Positions 52,462-60,613 of a DNA stretch of 64,000 nt are shown here, piece after piece. A program made the translations under genes and the position numbers. Where the stretch lies: the NCBI GenBank assembly GCA_963698095.1, contig OY969120.1, positions 2,526,419 to 2,590,418 on the forward strand. Direction: 5' to 3'. The DNA is from an uncultured Actinomycetes bacterium (GTDB lineage: Bacteria > Actinomycetota > Thermoleophilia > Solirubrobacterales > Solirubrobacteraceae). Positions within the stretch are counted from its first letter, which is position 1. Each line of letters begins with the position of its first letter. The notes beneath the pieces are model-generated. The model was not told where the DNA came from, ran no database searches, and was given only the letters and a program-made list of their open reading frames with translations.

Positions 52462-52650
52462 CACCTGGGGTATCGGCGCACGCGCCCCGCGCGGGAACCC
52501 CCGGCGGCTCGTGATGGCGCCGTCGCGCTCCCCGCGCCCCCGGCACCGAGCGCTGACGCGCCCGGTTGATGTCCGGCTCCGGGTGTGCCCGGACGATCGT
52601 GGCGGACGACTACGGACGGCAGCGGCCCACGACCCGGCTACGGTGCCCGC

Positions 52651-53496
52651 ATGGCCGTCGGCTTCCCCGTCGCGAGCAGTCTCCCGGCGCCCCGCGACGG
52701 TCGCCGTGTGGTGCTGACCGGCGTCGGCGCGGCCGGCCTCGCGTGCATGGCGGTCGCGACGGCGGCGGGGCTGGAGCGCCTGCGCCGGCGGCCGGCGGAG
52801 GGCACGCCGCGGCGCATGGCCGACGCCGAGGCGGCGATGCGCGAGCTGCACGCCTCGCGGGCGCGGATCGCGGCCGGCGCCGAGCGCGAGCGGCGGCGGA
52901 TCGAGCGCGACCTGCACGACGGGGCGCAGCAGCGGCTCGTCGCGCTGCGGATCGAGCTGGAGCTGACGGGCGAGCTGGTGCGCCGCGACCCCGAGCGGGG
53001 CGCGAGCCGCCTGCACGAGCTCGAGCACGAGGTCGACGAGGCGCTGGAGGAGCTGCGCGCGCTGGCGCACGGCGTCTACCCGCCGCTGCTGGCCGATCGC
53101 GGGCTGGCGGAGGCGCTGCGCGCGGTCACCGATCGCTTCGCCGTGCATGCGCAGCTCGTCGCGCGCGCGGTCGGGCGCTACTCCCCGGAGGTCGAGAGCG
53201 CCGTATACTTCTGCGTGCTCGAGGCGCTGCAGAACGTGCTCAAGCACGCGCGCGGCGCGCGGCTGGTCGAGGTGCGGCTCGACGGCGCCGCGCCTGGCCT
53301 GTTGCGCCTGTGCGTGCGCGACGACGGCGCCGGCGCCGACGGCGGCGTGCTGCGCCCGGGGGTCGGCGTGACGAACATGCGCGACCGGCTCGCCACGCTC
53401 GGCGGCGAGTTGCAGCTCAGCTCGACACCGGGCGTGGGGACGCTCGTGAGCGGGTGGCTGCCGACCGGCGCGGGCGCCGTCAACCACGCGTGCTAA
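52651..53496 (+). CDS. HisKA_3 sensor histidine kinase without an evident sensor domain
   Basis: ERDLHDGAQQRL, EALQNVLKHA, DDGAG, GVGVTNMRDRL. Confidence 0.85.
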   Translation: MAVGFPVASSLPAPRDGRRVVLTGVGAAGLACMAVATAAGLERLRRRPAEGTPRRMADAEAAMRELHASRARIAAGAERERRRIERDLHDGAQQRLVALRIELELTGELVRRDPERGASRLHELEHEVDEALEELRALAHGVYPPLLADRGLAEALRAVTDRFAVHAQLVARAVGRYSPEVESAVYFCVLEALQNVLKHARGARLVEVRLDGAAPGLLRLCVRDDGAGADGGVLRPGVGVTNMRDRLATLGGELQLSSTPGVGTLVSGWLPTGAGAVNHAC

Positions 53497-53854
53497 CCGC
53501 CGCCCACAGCTCGTGCAGCTTGCGTACGGAGAGATCCTGCTTGCGCACGAAGACGGCCGCGGGCGCCGCGTCCGGCTGCGGGACGGCGTCGAGCGACGTC
53601 AGCACGACCGCGATGCGCGCGTCGACCTCGGCGACGCGGCGGGCCGTCTCGTACCCGTCCATCCCGGGCATGCGCACGTCGAGCAGCACGAGGTCGGGCC
53701 GCAGCTCGGCGGCGAGCGCGAGCGCCTCGCTGCCGGAGGCCGCCTCGCCGACCTGCTCGAAGCCCGGCGTCGCCTCGATCAGGCTCGCCATCGCGCGCCG
53801 GAAGATCTCCTGGTCGTCGACTGCGAGCACCGTGACCGACGCGGATTCGTCCAT
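53480..53854 (-). CDS. Single-domain response regulator
   Basis: LAVDD, VLLDVRMPGMDG, FVRK. Confidence 0.85.
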   Translation of the reverse strand: MDESASVTVLAVDDQEIFRRAMASLIEATPGFEQVGEAASGSEALALAAELRPDLVLLDVRMPGMDGYETARRVAEVDARIAVVLTSLDAVPQPDAAPAAVFVRKQDLSVRKLHELWAAVSTRG

Positions 53855-53977
53855 CGTCACCACCGTGCCCGGCCGGCCGCCGGCCGGCAAGGGGACGCCC
53901 ACCCGCCGCCGCGCGTGCGCGCACGAGCGCCCGGGACGGGTTGACGCGCACGCCGCCCGCACCGGATAGTTGGGCGG

Positions 53978-54691
53978 ATGGAGCCTGCGATCCGCGTGGT
54001 CCTCGGCGAGGACAGCTATCTCGTCCGCCAAGCGCTCGCACACGTGCTCGAGGACGCGGACGGGATCGAGGTCGTCGCGACCTGCGGCGACCGCGACGCG
54101 CTGCTGCGCGCGGTCGAGTCGCAACGGCCCGACGTCGTCGTCACCGACATCCGCATGCCGCCGTCCGACAGCGACGAGGGCCTGCAGGTGGCCGCCACGC
54201 TGCGCCGCACGCACCCGCGCATCGGCGTCGTCGTGCTCAGCCAGTTCGCCGACCCGCGCTACGGGCTCGCGCTGCTGGAGGACGGCTCCGACGGCCGCGC
54301 GTACCTGCTCAAGGAGCGCGTGCGCAGCCGCGGGCAGCTCGTCGCCGCGATCGAGGCGGTCGCCGAGGGCGGGTCGGTCGTCGACGCGAAGGTCGTCGAC
54401 GGGCTGATCGCCGAGCGCCGCCGCGCCGAGCGCTCGGCGCTCGGCGAGCTGACGCCGCGCGAGGTCGAGATCCTCGCCTACGTCGCCCGCGGCCACAGCA
54501 ACCAGGCGATCGCCGACGAGCTGGTGCTGACGAAGCGCGCGGTCGAGAAGCACATCAACGCGATCTTCCTCAAGCTCGGCCTGACCGCGGCGCCCGACGT
54601 CAGCCGCCGCGTGAAGGCCGCCCTGATCTACCTGGCCGAGCAGCAGCCGGGGAACCGGTCCGCTTCAGGCGAGGATCCGCACGTTCGCTGA
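53978..54691 (+). CDS. NarL/LuxR response regulator
   Basis: VVTDIRMPP, YLLK, LTPREVEIL..VARGHSNQAIA. Confidence 0.9.
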   Translation: MEPAIRVVLGEDSYLVRQALAHVLEDADGIEVVATCGDRDALLRAVESQRPDVVVTDIRMPPSDSDEGLQVAATLRRTHPRIGVVVLSQFADPRYGLALLEDGSDGRAYLLKERVRSRGQLVAAIEAVAEGGSVVDAKVVDGLIAERRRAERSALGELTPREVEILAYVARGHSNQAIADELVLTKRAVEKHINAIFLKLGLTAAPDVSRRVKAALIYLAEQQPGNRSASGEDPHVR

Positions 54692-54697
54692 CCCGCC

Positions 54698-55079
54698 TCA
54701 CCAGACGATGTCGACACCGTAGTCCGCGAGGCGTGCGTCAGCGGTGACGAGCGCGTGGTCTTCGAGCGTGGCCTGCGCGACGAGCAGCCGGTCGAACGGG
54801 TCTCGGTGGTGCCAGGGGAGTTGCTCGACCGCTCGTGCGTGCATGGCGGTGACGGGCAGCGGATCGAAGTCGAGGTGGGCGAGCGCGTCCGCCCAGTTCG
54901 GCTCGATGTCGAGCTTGCCGAGCGAGCGTTTGATCGCGATCTCCCACACGCTCACAGCGCTGAGCGAAACCGGGTTGCGCTCGTTTCCCAGCGCGCGTAC
55001 CGCCTCTCTCGAGAACCGCGGCGCGGTCGTTCAACAGCAGCCACACGACCACGTTCGTGTCGAGCAGGAGCCGCTTCAT
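54698..55079 (-). CDS. vapC: VapC/PIN toxin, frameshift near 55018
   Basis: LLLDTNVVVW in one frame; SAVSVWEIAIK, HRDPFDRLL, LVTAD in another; 382 nt = one extra base. Confidence 0.8.
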
Positions 55080-55294
55080 GCGTACGGCGCGAAGTCGTCG
55101 AGCGGCGCGTCGAACTCCGGACCGAGCGACCCCTGGAGGTCGCCCCAGATGCGTCGCTCGCCGGGCTTCGCCGCCACGCGCACGAGCATCGCGACCGGCT
55201 CGCGCCCGCGGCGGATCGTGATCGACTCGCCGGCCTCGACCCGGCGGAGCAGGCGCGAGAGCTGCGTCTTCGCCTCCTGGACGGTGACCTCCAT
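55076..55294 (-). CDS. Phd/YefM-family antitoxin
   Basis: VTVQEAKTQLSRLLRRVEAGESITIRR..EPVA. Confidence 0.9.
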   Translation of the reverse strand: MEVTVQEAKTQLSRLLRRVEAGESITIRRGREPVAMLVRVAAKPGERRIWGDLQGSLGPEFDAPLDDFAPYA

Positions 55295-55314
55295 GCGCCG
55301 ATCGTACCAGCTTG

Positions 55315-55338
55315 GTTGACCAGCTTGACCTGGTCAAC
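55315..55338. promoter_or_regulatory. Putative TA operator
   Basis: GTTGACCAG-cttgac-CTGGTCAAC; ACCAGCTTG repeated at 55306 and 55319. Confidence 0.55.
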
Positions 55339-55381
55339 ATAGAAGTGTGCCTTCGGCATGCGCGCGGGGTATCGAGTGCGC

Positions 55382-57802
55382 ATGCGCCACAGAGACGTCC
55401 CGTCGCTCGGCGAGTATCGCCGCAAGCGCCGCTTCGCGCAGACGCCCGAGCCGAGTGGCGACGGCGCTGCGCCCGCGGAGCCGGGCGGGCGCTTCGTCGT
55501 GCACGAGCACCATGCGCGGCGGCTGCACTGGGACCTGCGGCTGGAGCGCGACGGCGTGCTGGCGTCGTGGGCGATCCCGAACGGGATCCCGGACGATCCG
55601 AGCCGCAACCGCAAGGCGGTCCACGTCGAGGACCATCCGCTCGAGTACCTCGACTTCCACGGCACGATCCCGGCCGGCGAGTACGGCGCCGGCGAGATCT
55701 CGGTGTGGGACAGCGGCACCTACGCGTGCGAGAAGTGGCTCCCGCACAGAGTGATCGTCGTCTTCGACGGCGAGCGGCTGCGCGGCCGCTACGCGCTGTT
55801 CCAGGCCGGCAGTACCGAGAGAGACTGGATGATCCACCGCATGGACCCGCCTGTCGACGCGACCGCCCGCGCGATGCCGGACGACGTCGCGCCGATGCTC
55901 GCGCGCCTCTCCGAGATGCCGGCCGACGAGTCGGGCTGGGCGTTCGAGGTCAAGTGGGACGGCGTCCGCGCGATCGCGCACTCGGAGCCCGGCCGCATCC
56001 GCTTCGTCACGCGCAACGGCAACGACGTCACCGCCGCCTATCCCGAGCTGCGCGCGCTCAACCGCGTGTTCGGCTCGCACAGCGCGCTGCTCGACGGCGA
56101 GATCGTCGCGTTCGACGAGCAGGGCAAGCCGAGCTTCCAGGCGCTCCAGCCGCGCATGCACCTGCGCGGCGAGAGCGCGGTCCGCCGCCGCGCGGCCGAG
56201 TCGCCCGTCACGTACGTGATCTTCGACCTGCTGTGGCTCGACGGCCATTCGCTGATGGAGCTGCCGTACGTCGAGCGCCGCAAGCACCTGGCGGGGCTCG
56301 CGCTCGACGGCGAGCACTGGCGCGTCCCCGCCCATCACGAGGGCGCGGGCTCGGCGCTGCTGGCCGCCACGCGCGAGCAGGGGCTGGAGGGCGTCGTCGC
56401 CAAGCGGCTCGACTCGCTCTACAAGCCGGGCAAGCGCGACGGCAGCTGGCTGAAGATCAAGAACTCCTTCCGCCAGGAGCTGGTGATCGGCGGCTGGACG
56501 GAGGGGAGAGGCGCGCGCGCCGGCCGCCTCGGCGCGCTGGAGCTGGGCGTCCACGATCCCGCCAATGGAGAGCTGAAGTACGCCGGCCGCGTCGGGACCG
56601 GCTTCGACGAGGCTGAGCTGGAACGGCTGGGGAGGCTGCTCGCGCCGCTCGCCCGCGAGGACTCGCCGTTCGGCGGCCGCCAGCCGGCGAGAGGCGCGCA
56701 CTTCGTCGAGCCGCGGCTCGTGTGCGAGGTCGAGTTCGGCGAATGGACGAGAGACGGGCGCCTGCGCCACCCGCGCTACGAGGGCCTGCGCGACGACAAG
56801 CCGGCGGTGGAGGTCGTGCGCGAGCGGGTCGAGGCGGCGCCCGCGGACGCCGCGCCGCCGGCGCGCGCCGAGCGTCGTGTGCGCGGCGGCGTCGAGCTGG
56901 AGGTCGAGGGCCGCACGGTCAAGCTCAGCAACCCCGACAAGGTGCTCTATCCGCAGGCCGGCTTCACGAAGCGCGACCTCGTCGACTACTACCTCGCGAT
57001 CGCGCCCGCGCTGCTGCCGCACCTGCGCGACCACCCGCTCACGCTCAAGCGCTACCCCGACGGCGTCGACGGCAAGTTCTTCTACGAGAAGCAGTCGCCG
57101 CGCCACCGGCCCGAGTGGGTGCGGACCGTCTCCGTCTACAGCCGCCACAGCAGACGCGACGTCGAGTACACGCTGTGCGACGACCTGCCGACGCTCGTGT
57201 GGCTCGCGAACCTCGCGGACCTCGAGCTGCACCCGTCGCTGTCGAAGGCCGACGAGATCGAACGGCCGGCGACGCTCGCGTTCGACCTCGACCCGGGTGA
57301 GCCCGCCACGATCGTCGAGTGCTGCGAGGTCGCGCTCGAGCTGCGCGCGCTGTTCGAGCAGCTCGGTCTGCGCGCGTTCCCGAAGACGTCGGGCTCGAAG
57401 GGGATGCAGGTCTACGTGCCGCTCAACGACCCCGGCGCCAGCTACGAGGTGACGAAGCCGTTCGCGCACGCGGTCGCGCGGCTGCTGGAGCAGCGCCATC
57501 CGAAGCGCGTCGTCTCCGACATGAAGCGCGCGAGACGCGGCGGCAAGGTGCTGATCGACTGGTCGCAGAACGACGAGCACAAGACGACCGTCTCCGTCTA
57601 CTCGCTGCGCGCGCGCGAGCGCCCGACCGTCTCCACCCCGCTGGGCTGGGAGGAGGTCGAGGCGTGCCGTGCGGGCGGCGACCCCGACCTCCTGCGCTTC
57701 GAGCACGACGCCGTGCTCGCGCGCGTGGCGCAGCACGGCGACCTGTTCGCCGAGGTGCTCTCGCTGCGACAGACGCTGCCGGCGCTCAGAGGGCTCGCGT
57801 GA
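55382..57802 (+). CDS. ligD: NHEJ DNA ligase D (phosphoesterase-ligase-polymerase)
   Basis: HHARRLHWDLRLE, VEDHPLEY; FEVKWDG, WLKIK; LSNPDKV, AFDLDP, KTSGSKG. Confidence 0.92.
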   Translation: MRHRDVPSLGEYRRKRRFAQTPEPSGDGAAPAEPGGRFVVHEHHARRLHWDLRLERDGVLASWAIPNGIPDDPSRNRKAVHVEDHPLEYLDFHGTIPAGEYGAGEISVWDSGTYACEKWLPHRVIVVFDGERLRGRYALFQAGSTERDWMIHRMDPPVDATARAMPDDVAPMLARLSEMPADESGWAFEVKWDGVRAIAHSEPGRIRFVTRNGNDVTAAYPELRALNRVFGSHSALLDGEIVAFDEQGKPSFQALQPRMHLRGESAVRRRAAESPVTYVIFDLLWLDGHSLMELPYVERRKHLAGLALDGEHWRVPAHHEGAGSALLAATREQGLEGVVAKRLDSLYKPGKRDGSWLKIKNSFRQELVIGGWTEGRGARAGRLGALELGVHDPANGELKYAGRVGTGFDEAELERLGRLLAPLAREDSPFGGRQPARGAHFVEPRLVCEVEFGEWTRDGRLRHPRYEGLRDDKPAVEVVRERVEAAPADAAPPARAERRVRGGVELEVEGRTVKLSNPDKVLYPQAGFTKRDLVDYYLAIAPALLPHLRDHPLTLKRYPDGVDGKFFYEKQSPRHRPEWVRTVSVYSRHSRRDVEYTLCDDLPTLVWLANLADLELHPSLSKADEIERPATLAFDLDPGEPATIVECCEVALELRALFEQLGLRAFPKTSGSKGMQVYVPLNDPGASYEVTKPFAHAVARLLEQRHPKRVVSDMKRARRGGKVLIDWSQNDEHKTTVSVYSLRARERPTVSTPLGWEEVEACRAGGDPDLLRFEHDAVLARVAQHGDLFAEVLSLRQTLPALRGLA

Positions 57803-57813
57803 GCCGGGCCTGA

Positions 57814-58581
57814 CTAAGACCCGGCGCGCGCGTACATCAGCGAGCCGGGCGTCGTCAGCTCCTCGCCCGTCTCCAGCAGCGTCTTGAGGCCGGACAGGAT
57901 CATCGGCCAGCCGCCGTAGAGCTGGTTGTTGGCGCCCTCGCGGAGCTGGTCGTGGATCACGGTCAGGCGGCAGGAGTCCTCGACCGGCTCGATCTCCCAC
58001 GTGACGCGCGACTCGCCCTCCGCTCTCACCTCGTCGGCCCACAGGGCGGTGAACGTCTGCACGAGCCGCCGCGGCGGGTCGACCTCGACGTTCACGCCCT
58101 CGGCGATCGCGACGCCCGCCTCGGGGTGACCCGACTCGTAGCGCGAGCCGGGCGTCCAGTCCGACTCCACCCCGACGCCGAAGTTGTACTTCGCGCGCAG
58201 CTCCGGATCCGTGATCGCCTGCCACAGCCGCTCCGGCGTCGTCTTGATGTAGATCTCGAAGACCTTCTCCATGGTCCTGCCCTCCAGGTCGTGCTTGAGC
58301 TCGCTCAGGCCGGCGGCCCACGGCTCCGCGTACTTGCTCACCCAGCGGTCGTGGACGAGCCGGATCGGGACGGGGTTGAGGAAGTGCAGCTTCTCGCGGC
58401 CCCGCCGCCGCGTGACGACGAGGCCCGCCTGCTCGAGCACTCTCAGGTGTTTCATCACGCCGAAGCGCGTCATCGGCAGCCGCTCCTCCAGCGCGCTCAA
58501 CGTCTGTCCGTCCTCCCGGAACAGCTCATCGAGCAGTCCGCGGCGGGTCGGGTCGGCGAGCGCTCTGAACACGTCATCCAT
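57814..58581 (-). CDS. ArsR-SRPBCC fusion regulator
   Basis: FRALADPTRR, TRFGVMKHLRVLE; YIKTTPERLWQAITD, GWPMILSGLKTLLETG. Confidence 0.9.
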   Translation of the reverse strand: MDDVFRALADPTRRGLLDELFREDGQTLSALEERLPMTRFGVMKHLRVLEQAGLVVTRRRGREKLHFLNPVPIRLVHDRWVSKYAEPWAAGLSELKHDLEGRTMEKVFEIYIKTTPERLWQAITDPELRAKYNFGVGVESDWTPGSRYESGHPEAGVAIAEGVNVEVDPPRRLVQTFTALWADEVRAEGESRVTWEIEPVEDSCRLTVIHDQLREGANNQLYGGWPMILSGLKTLLETGEELTTPGSLMYARAGS

Positions 58582-58594
58582 GATGGCAGAATAG

Positions 58595-58610
58595 GTGACC
58601 TAATGGTCAC
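58595..58610. promoter_or_regulatory. Putative ArsR operator
   Basis: GTGACC-taat-GGTCAC 14 bp upstream of the start. Confidence 0.55.
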
Positions 58611-58629
58611 ATGTCAAGCGCTCCCGTTA

Positions 58630-58709
58630 AATGCACCGGGCCCGCACGAAGCGGGCCCGGTGGCGCTCAGTCCGCTGTCCCTCTACCGGGGGCCGACCGA
58701 GCAATGCAC
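58630..58709 (-). ncRNA. Candidate DUF3800-associated structured RNA with 3' terminator-like hairpin
   Basis: Stem GCTCGGTC/GACTGAGC enclosing a CCC-CGGTAGA-GGG hairpin; 12-bp hairpin 58634-58662; TACTCT -10-like box at 58718-58713; AATGCAC direct repeats at both ends. Confidence 0.55.
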
Positions 58710-58801
58710 TTCAGAGTACCCGGATCGGCCGCAGACGGGCGCGGTGTGAGTTCTGTTACACGGTCGGCGCTGCCTCGCCGCCTGGCTGCCAAGCTCGCAC
58801 A

Positions 58802-60613
58802 ATGGCTCCCGGTCTGCGAAACGAGGACTACGTCGCGTTCCTCGACGAGTCGGGCGAGGACGAACTCCAGGTCGTCGCCGGGATCCTTGTACCCGCGCGC
58901 TGGCTGCGCTCGGCTGAGCGCCGGTGGCGGGACTTCGTCCAAGATCGCTTTGGCAGTCGCTCCGGCCGGGCCGAGGTCAAGAGTCGCGATCTCCTGATGG
59001 GCAGCGGGATCTCGCTGCACGCGCAGCAGCGGATCCTCGCAGGCGGCGGCGACGCGCTCAGCGCCCGGGCCGCGGGTCGCCAGCTCTTCCGCGACGCGCT
59101 GGAGCACATCGCGAGCATCAACGAGGTGCGCGTCCTCGCTGTCGGCTTGCCCACGACGTACCCGGTCGAGGCGTACCGGCTGTGGTTCTGGATGGCGTAC
59201 AGCGTGCTCGTCGAGCGCCCGCGGGCGCCCCGGCCGCGCCTGCCGATGACAGTGATCGACGGCGAGGACGCGAAGCTGCGTGCAGCGCGCGACCTCGTCG
59301 CGTATCGCTTCTACCGTGCCTTCGCGGGTCGCCGGCCCTACGTTGCGCGCGGCCCGGAGTGGTTCGTCGGCGGCTCAGTCCACCAGGACAGCGCACTCCA
59401 TCCGTTCATCCAGATGGCGGACCTCGTCGCCGGCGCCGCTCGGCATGCGATCGCCGGACGCGAGCCGTACGCCGATTGGTATCGAACGCACCTGGAGCGT
59501 CACGCGCGATCGATGGGCCGCGAGGTCGACGTCTCTCGCCACGCCCTGCAGCGGCTGCGCGCCCTCGCGCCGGACGACGCGTGCGCGAGCGGCTGGCCGG
59601 ATGCCCGCATCCCCCTGCGAGCACGCGCGACGAGGCTCGTCGGCGCGAAAGCCGCCTCAGCGACCGGTCCAGCGCGGCGGGCGCTTCTCGGCGAAGGCGA
59701 TCGAGCCCTCGCGGGCGTCGGCGGAGTCGCGGACGGGGTCGGCGATCTCGGCCTGGCGCTCCCACAGCGCGTCCGCCGGCCAGCCAGGCGCCTCCGCGAG
59801 GATCCGCTTCGAGGCGGCGGTCGCGAGCGGGCCGTTGGCGGCGATCGCGGCGGCCAGCTCGAGCGCGACCTCGACCGCCGAGCCCGGCTCGACGACGCGG
59901 TTCACGAGCCCGATCGCGTGGCCGCGCTCGGCGTCGATGAAGTCCCCCGTCAGCGCCAGCTCCATCGCGACGTGGTAGGGGATCCGCCGCGGCAAGCGCA
60001 GCAGCGCGCCGCCGGCGGCGACGAGCCCGCGCTTGACCTCCGGGGTCCCGAGCTTCGCGCCGCGCGCGGCGACGATCAGGTCGCACGCCAGGGCGATCTC
60101 GAAGCCGCCGGCGACCGCGAAGCCCTCGATCGCCGCGATCAGCGGCTTGGCCGGCGGCCGCTGCACGATCCCCGCGAAGCCGCGCCCGCCGGCGTACGGG
60201 CGCTCGCCGGCGACGAACGCCTTCAGGTCCATCCCCGCGCAGAAGCCCCTGCCCGCGCCTGCGAGCACGCCGACGCGCAGCCCCGTCTCGGCGTCCAGGC
60301 GATCCAACGCGCCCGCGATCCCCTCCGCCACCGCGAGGTTGATCGCGTTGCGCTGCTCGGGCCGGTTGAGCGTCACGAGCAGGACCCCGTCGCGCTCCTC
60401 GGTCAGAACGGCCGGATCGGACACGCCGCGGACCCTACTCGCGCGCGTACGCGACGGGCACCGGTTCGCGAGCCCCGCGTCAGCCGGGGTCCGCGCCGAG
60501 CGTCTCGCACGTCGCGTCGAGGTGCGCCCGCCACTCCGCGCTCATGCGCTCCCATGGCGGCTTGGCGTTGCGGTTCGGCCCGCCCAGCGTCGCGGCTACA
60601 GACAGCAGCATGA
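58802..60613 (+). CDS. DUF3800-like RNase H-fold protein; homologous part ends near 59610, ORF reads through with no nearby stop
   Basis: AFLDESG, VIDGED, HQDSALHPFIQMADLVAGA motifs. Confidence 0.7.
   Translation: MAPGLRNEDYVAFLDESGEDELQVVAGILVPARWLRSAERRWRDFVQDRFGSRSGRAEVKSRDLLMGSGISLHAQQRILAGGGDALSARAAGRQLFRDALEHIASINEVRVLAVGLPTTYPVEAYRLWFWMAYSVLVERPRAPRPRLPMTVIDGEDAKLRAARDLVAYRFYRAFAGRRPYVARGPEWFVGGSVHQDSALHPFIQMADLVAGAARHAIAGREPYADWYRTHLERHARSMGREVDVSRHALQRLRALAPDDACASGWPDARIPLRARATRLVGAKAASATGPARRALLGEGDRALAGVGGVADGVGDLGLALPQRVRRPARRLREDPLRGGGRERAVGGDRGGQLERDLDRRARLDDAVHEPDRVAALGVDEVPRQRQLHRDVVGDPPRQAQQRAAGGDEPALDLRGPELRAARGDDQVARQGDLEAAGDREALDRRDQRLGRRPLHDPREAAPAGVRALAGDERLQVHPRAEAPARACEHADAQPRLGVQAIQRARDPLRHREVDRVALLGPVERHEQDPVALLGQNGRIGHAADPTRARTRRAPVREPRVSRGPRRASRTSRRGAPATPRSCAPMAAWRCGSARPASRLQTAA
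59657..60424 (-). CDS. Enoyl-CoA hydratase/crotonase
   Basis: VTLNRPEQRNAIN, FCAGMDLK, AVAGGFEIALACD, GTPEVKRGL. Confidence 0.92.
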   Translation of the reverse strand: MSDPAVLTEERDGVLLVTLNRPEQRNAINLAVAEGIAGALDRLDAETGLRVGVLAGAGRGFCAGMDLKAFVAGERPYAGGRGFAGIVQRPPAKPLIAAIEGFAVAGGFEIALACDLIVAARGAKLGTPEVKRGLVAAGGALLRLPRRIPYHVAMELALTGDFIDAERGHAIGLVNRVVEPGSAVEVALELAAAIAANGPLATAASKRILAEAPGWPADALWERQAEIADPVRDSADAREGSIAFAEKRPPRWTGR

